Source: Macrostomum lignano
Lineage: Eukaryota
Assembly: GCA_002269645.1 (NCBI GenBank)
Contig: NIVC01001380.1
Span: forward strand, 62,001 to 126,000
Length of the DNA stretch: 64,000 bases
Reading direction: 5' to 3'
Part shown: positions 13,748 through 25,572 of the stretch, one piece after another
Layout of the letters: each line of letters opens with the position of its first letter
Position numbering within the stretch: the first letter of the stretch is position 1
Position numbers and translations under genes: made by a program
Notes under the pieces: model-generated
Told to the model about the DNA's origin: nothing
What the model saw: the letters and a program-made list of their open reading frames with translations, nothing else
The model's database searches: none

Positions 13748-16700
13748 ATGGTTCCGATTGAAAGGAGGTTTCTTCACGTTCTGCATATTTGGCTGGAAAA
13801 GCCTCACGTAGTTTGTCAGTCGATTTTTGGCGCAAAATATCTCGAGTTGCAATCGTCTCAGACTCAGGAGCCGTTGGTGTATCGCAGACAACTGCTGCAC
13901 AATTGTCTAGATGTTGAACCGTTGAATGAACGAATCTGCGTATCCTCAGGCGACCTCTGCGCTGAGTTTTTCAGCAGCGATTCGGAAGAGAGCAAAGAGT
14001 CACTTTATCGAATCCATGTGAATCAATTGCAATCGGGTTCTTCTGAGCTTCAATAGTAAGGATTTAATTCAGTTTTAAGAATCACCCCAGACAACACACT
14101 TCAAGAATCGCCCCGAAAATGTACTTTAGAATTGCCCAGAAAACATTATTTAATTAAGAATCTCCCCAGAAAATGCACTTTAGAAATCGCCCCAGAAAAC
14201 ACGCTTTAAGAATCGCCCCAGACAACACACTTTAAGAATCGCTCAAAACACGCTTTAAGAATCGCTCCAGAAAACGGACTTTAGGATTCGCCCCCAGAAA
14301 ATGCACTTTAGGAATCGCTTCAGACCACACGCTTTAAAAATCGCTCCAGACAACATGCTTTAAGGAACGCCCCAGAAAACACATTTTAAGAAACACGCAA
14401 ATCGCTCCTAAATCTCCTGTGGCTCAAATGTCTTCACAGACAATGCTACTGAGCTGTAGATTTTTATCCTCAAATGCGTTATTACCGTTATTAATTACGC
14501 TTTACTACTCACCAAAATCATTTTTAGTTGCATAACAGTATCGGTCACAAGGCAACCTACGACCCTTGAGCAGAGGTACTACAAACGGGATTGGCTGCAG
14601 AGCTGCCTTCAATCCAAGCTTAACCACTGGCTATCGCAGTGCCGCAATGAGCTAGATTTAGTCAAGACTCCGGCCTCTCTATCTTGCGTAGATTTGGCCG
14701 CCTACCAATCAATCTATTATCGAATGAAAGCTGTCTACGGGCCTAAACTAGTGGCTAACTGGTCGGAGAGGACTAACGCGGAAAAGTTTGTGTACGAAGA
14801 TATTGGCATCGCCGCTTATTTGATGGTGAGTCTATCGGGTTTGATTAGTCAGTGCAAAAATTTTCGTAGTCGCAGCCAGATTTTTCAGTAATTATTTTAG
14901 TACTTGCTAAACTGCGCTCAAAAAGCGCTGCTAACTTGTCCGCAACAATCGGCTTATTAATAGCAATCAGCAGTCTGATGGTAAGCGCTGCTTAACGCAG
15001 CGACACCCTAATTTAAGGCTGATCTTTCGCGAAAGAGTCTATGGTTGACCACAAACCTCACAAACCTTGACCACAAAGCTTCAACGTGTTTTTTCGAGAA
15101 ATTGTAGAAGTCGTTTTTTGCCCTTTGACTGAAATTCATTTGTTACAGTTCATTCCACAGAATATACACAGAATGGCGAATCGGCAGTTCTCTATGAAAG
15201 CGAAAATAAATGCGCTTGCACTACTAACGTTGTGTAGCTGATAAGTAGTTGCGTTTTTTGAACGCAAAGTTGAATGTAAAAGTTGAGCTCAAGACAGCCT
15301 TTGAAAGCCTTGAGTCGTCGTTTTGACGCTGCAGATGAATGCTGCATTATTCTTGTAATTAATTTGTTCATAACGGTGCGTGCGCAAAGTCATGAGCAGT
15401 ATTAACAACTGTTGTAACCTCATTGCCATGTACATGTAAGCTAAAAGACAAACATATAACAGCAGGTTAAGTTTTAGCGCTGCATGCAAGGCAGGAAATG
15501 CCAGACGCAACAGAAATAGCAAATCTCATGCAATCACACTCATCCTCTTGAACTTCCTCGATTGCTCATTGCAAAATGCTCGCCCGCGCTTTCTCTCCTG
15601 AGCCGCAATCCTGTGCCCATTGCACCAATGGTGCAAGCGCAGCTTCGAGAACAGCCTCGCAATGCCCATCACGCATCTCTCTGAGTGCTCAGCGCAATGA
15701 GTCGCAATAATTGGCCTGATGCAATCGGTCAATAATTTGCTGATTCTGTGTGACACACCAGCATGCATGAACTTTGGCACTTCCAGCAATTTTAATTGGC
15801 GTTCCATCTCAGTGACAGCTCTGATAACTGCTCTGCTTGGGGTGACTAAGCTGTGATCCCGCTTGCACTTCAGTCGCAGGAAGAGTGTCCGAATTGCTTT
15901 TCCTTCAGTTCCTGCTGGAACACCTTACACTTGCACTCGGTTTTAAAGAAGCGGAACAGCAACCAACCGCCGACATATGCGCACTTCTCGTGATCTAAGT
16001 CATCCGATGTAGCAAAGTGCTCATCACCTGCTTCCGTGAGATCTGAGTCACAAGTGTTGCCCTGCAGGTGGACTGGATCTCGAGCTTCTTGGCTCACTGC
16101 AACCTTGGATGCTCGCTGGCTGCTGGAAACCGGTGAAATCTAATGCCCGGCGGACACTTGCCGGCGTAGTTGGGGCATCCGTACGCAGCGCACTGAAGCC
16201 TTGAAGCAGACGCAGTCATGCAAAAACAGTATCACAATAAGCTGCGTATTCAAACTCTATGCCTTCGGTATTAGCACTTTTGAAGCCAGACCTAGCTTCA
16301 GGAGCACCAGCTTGGGCCATAGAGAATGCAACAATACAGCAAAGACAGGTTAGCGCGATCAATAATGCATTTGACCTGCATGCTTTCACGCCACGAGCTC
16401 GTGCTTGAACGCCCAAGGCATGCTGTCACTAACTTACATGTAGAGCGCAGAGGTAGCAGAAGGCAGGGCCAGCCTTAAGGTAGTTTCTAAAAATAGCACA
16501 GTTTAGAAGGGGGTGGGTTGGTTCATCAAGCCTTCCTATATTCTGTGGGACAAACCCGCAATAAATGGCAAAGAATAGGTAAAGTGCCATTCAGCCTACT
16601 TAGTTTCTCTTCACAACAAGAGTAGCCAGTATAGAATATCATTCTTGTGCAAGAAATTTTCTCAAAATGCGGGATTCGCCATTCTGTGTATATTCTGTGG

Positions 16701-19700
16701 TTCATTCCACTATGGATAATTAAAGAGAGCAGATGGTAGCAGAGCTCGATAACAACCTTCTCAATGAAGGCAGGATGTCTCCTTGCAATTGTTTATCGAA
16801 ACGGCGCTTCTCCTCTGGGGTTGAGTGAACACGGAAGTTGTACGCTTAGAAACTCTTTACAGTCTCCGGCATATCTTACCCAGCAACTACAGCTGGTTCG
16901 GGGCATCCAACTCACTGGATTCGTCCTCTGACATGAAGGCCTCTTTTTCATTGGACGTCATTATGTGAGAAATCGATAGACTGTTTCTTCAAGTAATGAT
17001 GCCATAGTTTTGACTAGTAGATAATTTAATAATGATTTAATTTAGTCGCATAAATCTATATATGTTAGTTTACGAACGCTTTTTCTTTGGCTATGCGTTT
17101 TTTGCTGACTGGAATAGTCATAGGCTGGGAAAGTCGTCCCTCTTACCATCCGGCCGGAACGGAGATGAACAAGGGTTCAGTTCGGAAGAGGCTTTAAACG
17201 AACTTCAGTGGCTGACTCGTATATTACTCGCACATCTTGTACGAGTAAATTAAATATAAAACTTTTCTTTCGGAATCGTATTTTAAAAACATAATTTCTA
17301 GTTAATGACGCCAACAGTTATTGGCACATAGCTACATATACAGCGAGTTATGCGCAAGTATGTGTATCTTAGACACATCGGACTTGACATATTTTTACAC
17401 AAAACTACATTTTACAGTTTACGGTATGGTTTCTCGATAGAAATTTTAGCTAAGTGAATAGAAAGTAAAAATTAGCTAAAATTCAATATGGCTACTGAGT
17501 GCAATCAGTAAATCAAATCGAATACCGTTCAAAAATACGTTCAATTCTCACAGCAAGTGAAAAAGGCGGGACTAGCACAGGCAATTACATAAAGCGGACA
17601 AAACTACATGGCAACAGGAACAAAACTGGAAGCAGCGACTACATTCGGTGGAAAAAATTACATGGCCATAAAAAATTAACTTTTTTTAATTCAGTCGAAG
17701 GATCTCAACAAACAAAAAATTTAAAAAAAAATTTTTAAATGGTTTAAAATTGAACTAATAAACTAACTTTTTATACAGTTATATACTTTTTAGAGCTGAC
17801 CTACTAGCTTTGTTAGTAGTAAAGAGGATGATAATCGGACAGAATTACCTTCAATTTGCTCCCAACCAGGCCAGAATTAACTTCAATTTGCTCCCAACTA
17901 GGACAGAATTACCTTCAATTTGCTCCCAACCAGGACAGAATTAACTTCAATTTGCTCCCAACTAGGACAGAATTACCTTCAATTTGCTCCCAACCAGGCC
18001 AGAATTAACTTCAATTTGCTCCCAACTAGGACAGAATTACCTTCAATTTGCTCCCAACCAGGACAGAATTACCTTCACTTTGCTCCCAACTGCAGATATA
18101 CGCCACAAAGAAGTAACGAGTAATAAAGTACATAAATGTTTAAAACTTTTTGAGGCAAAAGATTCACACTATTGTATTTAACTGTATTTGAAAAGAAATA
18201 GCAACTTAGCAAAGCAAAGAAAGTAAGCAAATAAGCAAAAAGTAATACAGTACATAAATGTTTAAAACTTTTTAAGGCAAAATATTTACATAATTTTACT
18301 TAACTGTACTTAAAAAGACATAGCTGCTTAGCAAAGCAAAGAAAGTAAGCAAATAAGCAAAGAAAATAGCAAAGAAATAGCAATAGAGAGCAACAATGAG
18401 CCACAGAAAGCCACAATAACGGCATAAAATCTTACTAATTCAAATAGTCTATTATTAAACAATTAAAAAATTTGTCTAGTCGGTCGGCTAGCGTCATGCC
18501 TTTCGCGGAAACGAGCTGCTCCCCCGAAAATCTGTAGTCAGCAGTGACCTTGAAGCTGTTTTCTTTCATTGTGGCTAGCAACGGCTCCGTTAATAAGCGG
18601 AACTTCTTAACCCATCCGCGACTAGCTGTTTTGCCGAAAAATTGAACGTGAAGCGAAGCTCCACGGCGGAAGGACTTTTCCTTTGGAGGAAGACATACCA
18701 TGGCGGGCCACCACGAAATAGCGCTATTGCCTTCAGGCCAGAAAGCAAATAATAGCGTACCCGCCATAGTATTCTTACTTGTACTGGAGGCTTCCGGGGC
18801 GCGCCGTTTTGCCGTCGAAACGGCAGCCGGGGTCTTTTTTGTGGTTACTCGCCCGCTCTCTTCTAAGGCTGCAGCTGCGGCCCACCGGATGTCTTCCGCA
18901 GCCTCTTCCGTCGTCCACTGTTTGTCCTCGCCTCTTAATCCCCATTGACGCGTCAATTCACTGGGCCTGGAACGTCCTCAGCCACTGTCTCGTCGCCAGC
19001 GACGGCCTCGTCGTCGGCAGAAGCAGCAGCAGCCTGCTTGTGCTTAGGCTTTTTTGAAGCCTAAAAATGAGAGTGCGATTACAATCTGTCATATTTGGAC
19101 GGATTTTGCATCCCGGCTTTGCATACACAATAATCACAATATACTAAACCTCTTCCAAGTGACTCTGTGTGACTACGTTAATTACCTATAATTTTCCGTT
19201 AGACAAAACTACCTTCGATTCGGTCCACACTAAAGATCGAGATATTACACTCTACAATATTACGAGTAGTAAAAGTGACTCATGTGACCTTTAACCTAAG
19301 CTTCATTTAACTACTTCAGCAGCGTCTAAGTCTAATCCCAGTGACCAGACTTACTTAAGTGACCAGACTTACTTAAGTGACCTGCCTTATTTAAGTGACC
19401 CGCCTTATATAAGTGACCCACCTTATTGAAGTGACCAGCCTTATTTAAGTGACCCGCCTTATCTAAGTGACCCGCCTTATCTAAGTGACCAGCCTTATTT
19501 AAGTGACCAGCCTTATTTAAGTGACCAGCCTTACTACAATGAGCAGCTTTATTTAGGTGACCCGCACAATTTGCAACGGAGAATTAATTTAACTCACCCG
19601 CTTGACCGCGCCTTGAACAATAGACCTCACGATTGCGGCGCTGAGTTGGTAGTGGGTCATAGCAACATCTACGCTATGGTAGGGCCGACGACCAAGGGCT

Positions 19701-22700
19701 TTAGCCGTGGCGCCTGACATCTCCTTTTTAATAAACTTTATATTCACGGCTATGGGCGGATTTGTAATGCCGCAACATATATGTATTCTTCTCAAAATGG
19801 ATTTATGAAAGCAGAACATAGGATCATAAGTTATACGAGTAATTTATATGAATGAATTCTAATTGGTCGATCTGAATTGCGTCATTGGCATACATGCAAT
19901 TGTATTCTAGCATCTCATACAACCTTGACTACATAGATATGATTCGATTTGGCGTAAGTTTTAAAGGGGTTTAAAGGGGTTTAAAGGTTTAAAGGGGTTT
20001 TAAAGGGGTAATAGAGTCAAGAAGCACGGAACCAACCATAATGACAAACAATGGATGAGTTGTCACTGAAAAAAGGTGAGCCATATTTTAATCATTACAT
20101 AGCGCCACGCGATCGATTGTTTCATAAAATACCACAGTATAAAATCATATCGTCAACTTGCGAAAAATTAGAAGTTCGCACATTCACGTTCAGTGCAGTG
20201 CGAAAGCTTGGCACGGCAGCCTCACTATAGGAGCCCTAAATCATAGCCGAGAATTTCGTCTCTAAACTGAAAATCTCACTATGTATCAATAAATAAAAGT
20301 TTTTCAAACAGCATAGCATCTACGCTCGTAGCTCCTTGCTAGAAAGTTTAGTCGGACAATGCGCTAATTATGAGCAATCATCAATCAACAGATTGCATCT
20401 ATAAAATTAGTGAAGGAGTAAAAAGTAAAAAGGAAACCGCCAGAATTGCAAGAATTCCATTCCCTCAAATTCATAGCTGAATCCCATGACCCGCGAATCA
20501 CATCTTCCGAATCCTCTACAAATATTTTAAATTTGAACTGATTTTCAAACAAAAGCTGGTCAATAGTTAGGATAGAAGAATTAGAAGAATAGAAGGATAG
20601 GATTAAAAAATTGTGGTCAATTCATCTAACTGATTCAGCCGCCTTGTTAATCTCGGCAGCTTAGACTCTCCTATACTTAGAACAGAGTCTGGCCTAAGCC
20701 TGCTTTTTCACTTAAACATACAGGGAAGGTATTGGGGCTGTTATAATTTGTTTTGATTGTCCGAAGCACCATTTTTACTGCTTTTAGAGTAAGGAAATCT
20801 TCGATATTACTTACTCTTGGTTCAACTAGTAGCCTGGAGAGATATTTCATTTGAAATCCTCGAAGCTGTTAGGAATCGGTTCGAGATTTTCGGTCCCTAA
20901 TATAGGTACGCTCGTAATTTTGTCCGCCAGGGCGACCAGTAATTTTGTCCGTGCCCAAGTAATTGCCTTCTCCTATCATCGGGTCGAGTCTCCCAAAGCA
21001 CCAAGACGACTCAAAACCAGCACTCCCCAGTGACCATGTGCCGTCCCCAATTAGTTTGCTGCCATGTCTGAGCCCTGGGACTCAGAGTCAGAGCCTCAGT
21101 TCTGCCGCGAACAATGGCAGCGGCCAGCTGCAGCAGCAGCGAGTGGCCTCAGACACAGCAACGGCCTTCGGAAATTTCCGTGGCTAGAGTCTGCAATATT
21201 TTTTGCATTCGCTATCTTATGCACCACCTGTGCATCTTTTCTTTCTTTTGTAAATTTATTGCCTTTCTCGTCTAAGAGGTTTCAAACAGCTTCGTTCTAA
21301 CAGTTGTGATACTGTTTGTTAAGCCTCTGAAAAACGATTCGTCTTCCACCTAGGCTCTCATAGTGGCCAATCCGCTCTTTGCTTCTGGGTCAGAAAGATC
21401 AGGTTTCTCCATTGAAAGGTCTTCGTCTCAGATTTCGTGCGTTGTTTGCGGTTTACGGTTATAAAATTTAAAGTTTACAATATCAAAAAGCAGAATTTTC
21501 CAAGTAGCAAATGTAGTTCAAGTAACTAATAGATCAATAATTAACTAGCTACCTGAATGAATCGGCACAAAACTTTGAAACTCAAGCATACGAGGGTTTT
21601 ACAAAAGGTTCTCTGTTGTATTACCTATTAACTTTAAAGCGATAAACAGCAAAAACACAAAACTTCATACTTTGGCATCTTTTTACTTAAAGTATGCATC
21701 CTCAGCCTCCACGCACTTCTGCCAACACCACACGATCCCCTCTATGACACCCCTCATGCCAATGGTTGTCACAACCGCGATTCCTGCCTTGTACGTCTCT
21801 ATTCACCTCCTCCTCCATACTGAAGTTCCGTCCTTGTATGGACTCCTTGATTCGGTGGAAGAGATGGAAGTCGCATGGGCTGAGGTCCGAGGAGTCTGAC
21901 GGATGTGAAAGACTTTCCCACCCACATGACTTGATGGATGTGCTTTGAAAAAATGCCCTGCGCAACGAAGTCAGCCATAAGTGTTGCAGGAAAGTATTCA
22001 CTACGCAGCAGAAAATGATTTTTTAGACGTAAAACTAAAGTTATGATGTAGTTTTTTGAAACTAGCTTTAAAACCAAGTTGGAGCCTAGTGATTAGAGCG
22101 TCAGACTCGCGACTTGAAGGTCTAGGGTTCGATTCCTGATCATAATGGAACAATGTGTCCTTGAGCAAGACACTTAACTATGCATTGATTCAGTCCACCC
22201 AGCTGTAAAATGGGTGCCAGTGTTGTAATCGTGGGCTGCGATCTCGTCTAGCCCGGTCGTTTTGTTTTCCCCGGGTAGCGGGTTCGGTGCGGGACTGCCC
22301 CGGGTGCGCGGCGGAGAGATAGACAGAGGGTGAATGACTGGCGCTCCTTGAGGCGGATGGCCACTCCGAGGGGAAGAGGGAGAAATGCGACTCGGGAGCG
22401 CACAGACACTCCTCGTTCACGGAAGACTCGGGGTACTGTCGCGGTCAGCGGAGCGGATAGCCACTCAGAGCCGGCCCGGGAGTCACCGAGGTGAATGAGA
22501 AAGCGAGGTGAATGTGAGGGATTGGTCGGGGCGTACAGACACTCCGGACCAATCAAGAGCGTAGGTGAGTAAGGAGGTGAGCAGGTGAAGCGAAGAGGCG
22601 GCGATGATGGGTAGGAGATTCGTGAAGAGGGTCCCAAAGAAACGCGAACGCAACCGGAACACACGCAAGTTTAGCTCACGGGGAGGGGTCGAATCGACTC

Positions 22701-25572
22701 ATATAGCGCAGTTTATTTAGTCTTGATAACTGGAGTGGCAGCTCGGAGACGGCGGGTGGCACGGATTAGCTTGTAATGCAGTGTTCGATGATTCACTGGG
22801 CTCGTGCAGTTTATTGTACTTTTACAGTAGTTTTACTACTCAGTAGCTGGTGTAGCCCAACACCAACAACACGAGGAGTGGCACCGGCCGGCTCCAAGCC
22901 GGTTAATAAATAGTATGCAGAAAAATGAGGGAGTGGGCCAAACCGGCCTGAGCGCAAATACGCACAAAACAGAACCCCGCGAGCACCCCACCCCACCCCA
23001 GCCCAGCCAATCAAAACACGCGCTGGGTAAGGCTCCACGAGGGGGGGGGGTAGAAAAGAGAGGGTCTGCCGGCACAGCTAGCCAATCCGCGCACACGCAG
23101 GCTGCAGACTGGGTGGCAGACTGAGCGGTTCGCGTGCACCAAAAAGGTGAGGAGGTCATTGCGGCGCAGGCCACAACACCAGCATTAACGGGGGGTAATT
23201 GAGGGTGTGTGTGGCGACTTCCCAGTCCTTGGACTGAACAGCCGAACGCAGCCTTCAGATGCACCGCGCAATAGCTGCGGCTGAGCTGTCTGTTGCACAT
23301 CTGCCCGTTAGGACAGGTGTAATCGATGATTATTTTAATACTACTTGAACAATAAACTCATATAGCAACAGGTTATCGCTAAAATGCTAACGCTGATAAG
23401 CACTAGCAAGATGAAACTCTGAACTGTCATCAAAAATCGCCCCTGAATCAACTTGGGGTAAATCGCTCCTAAAAACCAATTCAGAGCAAATACATCGTTT
23501 TATTAACCCATCTCATTTACAGTGCATTTGGCAAGGCCAAACTGGAGTAAGATTCGTGGACATTGGGTGCGGCAATGGACTTTTGGTGTACCTACTCAAC
23601 TCCGAAGGGGTAAGACTTTGTAGTGCTACGAGTTTTTTAAGCAAAATAACAAATCCATTAGTGCTTTATTTTTTATTCCAGCACAATGGAATCGGATACG
23701 ATATCAGGAAGCGCAAAATTTGGGAAACCTATCCTGATACTGTCAGGCGCGCTCTGATTGTAAGTTGCGATTCGAGCACAGCTTTTATCCACCTTGATAT
23801 CCGCTATCGAAGTCACCTCAAGAATCGCCCTCTCCAATCTACCTCAAGAATCGCTCTCTCCAACCCACCTCAACAATCGCCCTCTCCAACCCACCCCAAG
23901 AACCGCCCGCTCCAACCCACCTCAAGAATCGCCCTCTCCAATCCACCTCAAGAATCGCCCTCTCCAATCCACCTCAAGAATCGCCCTCCAACCCACCTCA
24001 AGAATCGCCCTCCAACCCACCTCAAGAATCGCCCTCCAACCCACCTCAACAATCGCCCTCTCCAACCCACCTCAAGAATCACCCTCTCCAACCCACCTCA
24101 AGAATCACCCTCTCCAACCCACCTCAAGAATCACCCTCTCCAACCCACCTCAAGAATCGCCCTCTCCAACCCACCTCAAGAATCACCCTCTCCAACCCAC
24201 CTCAAGAATCGCCCTCTCCAACCCACCTTAAGAATCGCCCTCTCCAACTCGTATTACTTTACTTCTAACCCCCGCAGGAGCAGACTATTATACCTACAGC
24301 TGAAGGTCTCGCTTTCCCCGAAGCAGACTGGTTGCTAGGCAACCATAGCGACGAGCTGACTCCGTGGCTACCCGTGCTGGGTAGTCGCAGTGGCTGCTGT
24401 GGCGTCTTCCTGCTACCTTGCTGTCCGTTTAACTTTGACGGCAGTCGATACGATCGTCGGGGAGGCGTCGCCGGTGGCGGGGGCAGCTGCAGTCGCTACC
24501 GAGACTACCTATCCTACATCGGCGACCTCTGCCATCGAGTTGGCTATAACTCGGTTAGTCGAGATTGTTTGAGAATACCATCAACTAAACGAGTTTGTTT
24601 TGTTGCTACACAGTTAGATGCTGAACGGTCTAAGCTGGTAATAAGCGAGTTAGCTCTGCCCGAGTCTACTAGTTCGTTTCGACCGCGTTCTGTTGACGCA
24701 GAGATTACGCCTAGAAATTGCGCACGAGTGCCCGTAGATACCAGGCAACGCGTGGAATTGGCTTTGTTTCGAGCTTTGTTGGAGGACGGTGATCTGGAAT
24801 TGATAGATTGCGCGAACAAAGACTGCAATCATGACGATTCTAGGGAGAGAGAAGACGCCAGAACTAACAGTATCACAAGCGACAAAGACTTCGATGCTGA
24901 TTGCCACCAAGGCGACAAAGACTTCGATGCTGATTGCCACCAAGGCGACAATGACTTCGATGCGGATTGTCACCAAGGCGACAAAGACTTCGATGCGGAT
25001 TGTCACCAAGGCGACAAAGACTTTAAAACGGAAGACATTCAAAGTGACAGTGACAACAAAGATCTCAAGGGTCACTTAAAAAGGACCAATACGCAACGAT
25101 ACCGCAATGGCCAAGATCGCCAAACTAAAAAGCCAGCAAATTATACAACTAGCCGAACAACAAAAGCAAAAACAAAGACCTGGAACACCGGTAGAAGCCT
25201 GCCGCTGTCTCAGCTAATTAGCCTACTATCTGAGTCGGATCGGGCTGCACTAAAAAACGAATGCGGCGGTCTGCAAACTTTGTTGCGCAATTGTCATCAA
25301 GCGTTTCGCGTTCAGTCTGGCGTGGTGTCCATTCGACGCCCAATTTCTATTAAGTCGGCTGAGGCGGCGGCGGCCGCTACCGAGAAGCAGCGACTGCGGC
25401 GCAAAACCAAACCGTGCTGGATGGACCAGCATCATCCGATGGTTGCTGTCTGCCAGCGGCTGACTGCGCGTTCAAGCACGCCTGCGAGACAACATCGACT
25501 GATGTTGACTCAGTGGAGATGGCTACTGTCCAGTCTAGCACTTCTTCATTGTTGACAGACATATCAGTGTAG
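13748..25572 (+). CDS. TRMT44: tRNA (uracil-44 2'-O)-methyltransferase. Exons 13748-14055, 14528-14825, 23523-23609, 23682-23759, 24278-25572, with a 1-nt frameshift near 25437.
   Basis: Motifs KFVYEDIGIAAYL, FVDIGCGNGLLVYLLNSEG, GYDIRKRKIW, DWLLGNHSDELTPW, CCGVFLLPCCPFNF, RIPSTKRVC, CGGLQTLLRN. The C3H zinc finger KTKPCWMDQHHP(D)GCCLPAADCAFKH is completed after the frameshift. All introns are GT-AG and phase-compatible. Confidence 0.93.
14070..14410. repeat. ~26-bp degenerate minisatellite, TRMT44 intron 1
   Basis: Unit ~TTAAGAATCGCCCCAGACAACACACT. Confidence 0.85.
15156..16699 (-). mobile_element. Non-autonomous P-superfamily DNA transposon (internal deletion derivative)
   Basis: Perfect 27-bp TIR CACAGAATATACACAGAATGGCGAATC; 8-bp TSD GTTCATTC (15148-15155, 16700-16707); CANRG terminus. 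THAP N-half MTASASRLQCAAYGCPNYAGKCPPGIRFHRFP (16219-16094) lies next to frameshifted transposase C-terminal remnants (CAYVGGWLL, LVTPSRAVI, KLRLHHWC). Confidence 0.9.
17837..18090. repeat. 32-bp minisatellite (~8 copies)
   Basis: Unit GGACAGAATTACCTTCAATTTGCTCCCAACCA. Confidence 0.93.
18121..18362. repeat. 122-bp tandem duplication
   Basis: AGTACATAAATGTTTAAAAC at 18127 and 18249. Confidence 0.8.
18435..19060 (-). pseudogene. Decayed PWWP-domain coding segment nested antisense in TRMT44 intron 2
   Basis: GTLLFAFWPEGNSAISWWPAMVC...LHVQFFGKTASRGWV is a PWWP signature. There is an acceptor-like TTTTTAG at 19061-62 (minus strand), but stops or frameshifts lie upstream of the domain. Confidence 0.6.
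19340..19565. repeat. 18-bp minisatellite
   Basis: Unit AAGTGACCCGCCTTATCT. Confidence 0.9.
21589..22001 (-). mobile_element. Mariner transposon 3' fragment
   Basis: GWESLSHPSDSSDLSPCDFHLF resembles WEVLPHPPYSPDLAPSDFHLF. A frameshifted WQKCVEAEDAYFK* C-terminus follows, and the end reads TA+CGAGGG like a mariner TIR (21589-21596). Confidence 0.82.
22081..23340 (+). mobile_element. tRNA-derived CORE-type SINE (family A), split by an insertion: head 22081-22220, tail 23183-~23340
   Basis: A/B boxes (AGCCTAGTG, GGTTCGATTCC) and CORE-like TGTGTCCTTGAGCAAGACACTTAAC...CTGTAAAATGGG. The tail matches the intact copies at 30.3, 37.8 and 43.5 kb. Confidence 0.82.
22221..23178. mobile_element. Probable solo LTR (958 bp)
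   Basis: Begins TGTTGT, ends ACAACA, and is flanked by a 4-bp direct repeat CCAG (22217-20, 23179-82). It interrupts an otherwise contiguous SINE and has no long coding content. Confidence 0.75.
23812..24248. repeat. 26-bp minisatellite, TRMT44 intron 4
   Basis: Unit CTCAAGAATCGCCCTCTCCAACCCAC. Confidence 0.93.

Noticed and set aside
18770-19060. Non-standard genetic code suggested by repeated TAA/TAG in a coding-like frame upstream of the PWWP domain
   Set aside because: All intact genes in the window use standard stops; decay is the simpler explanation.
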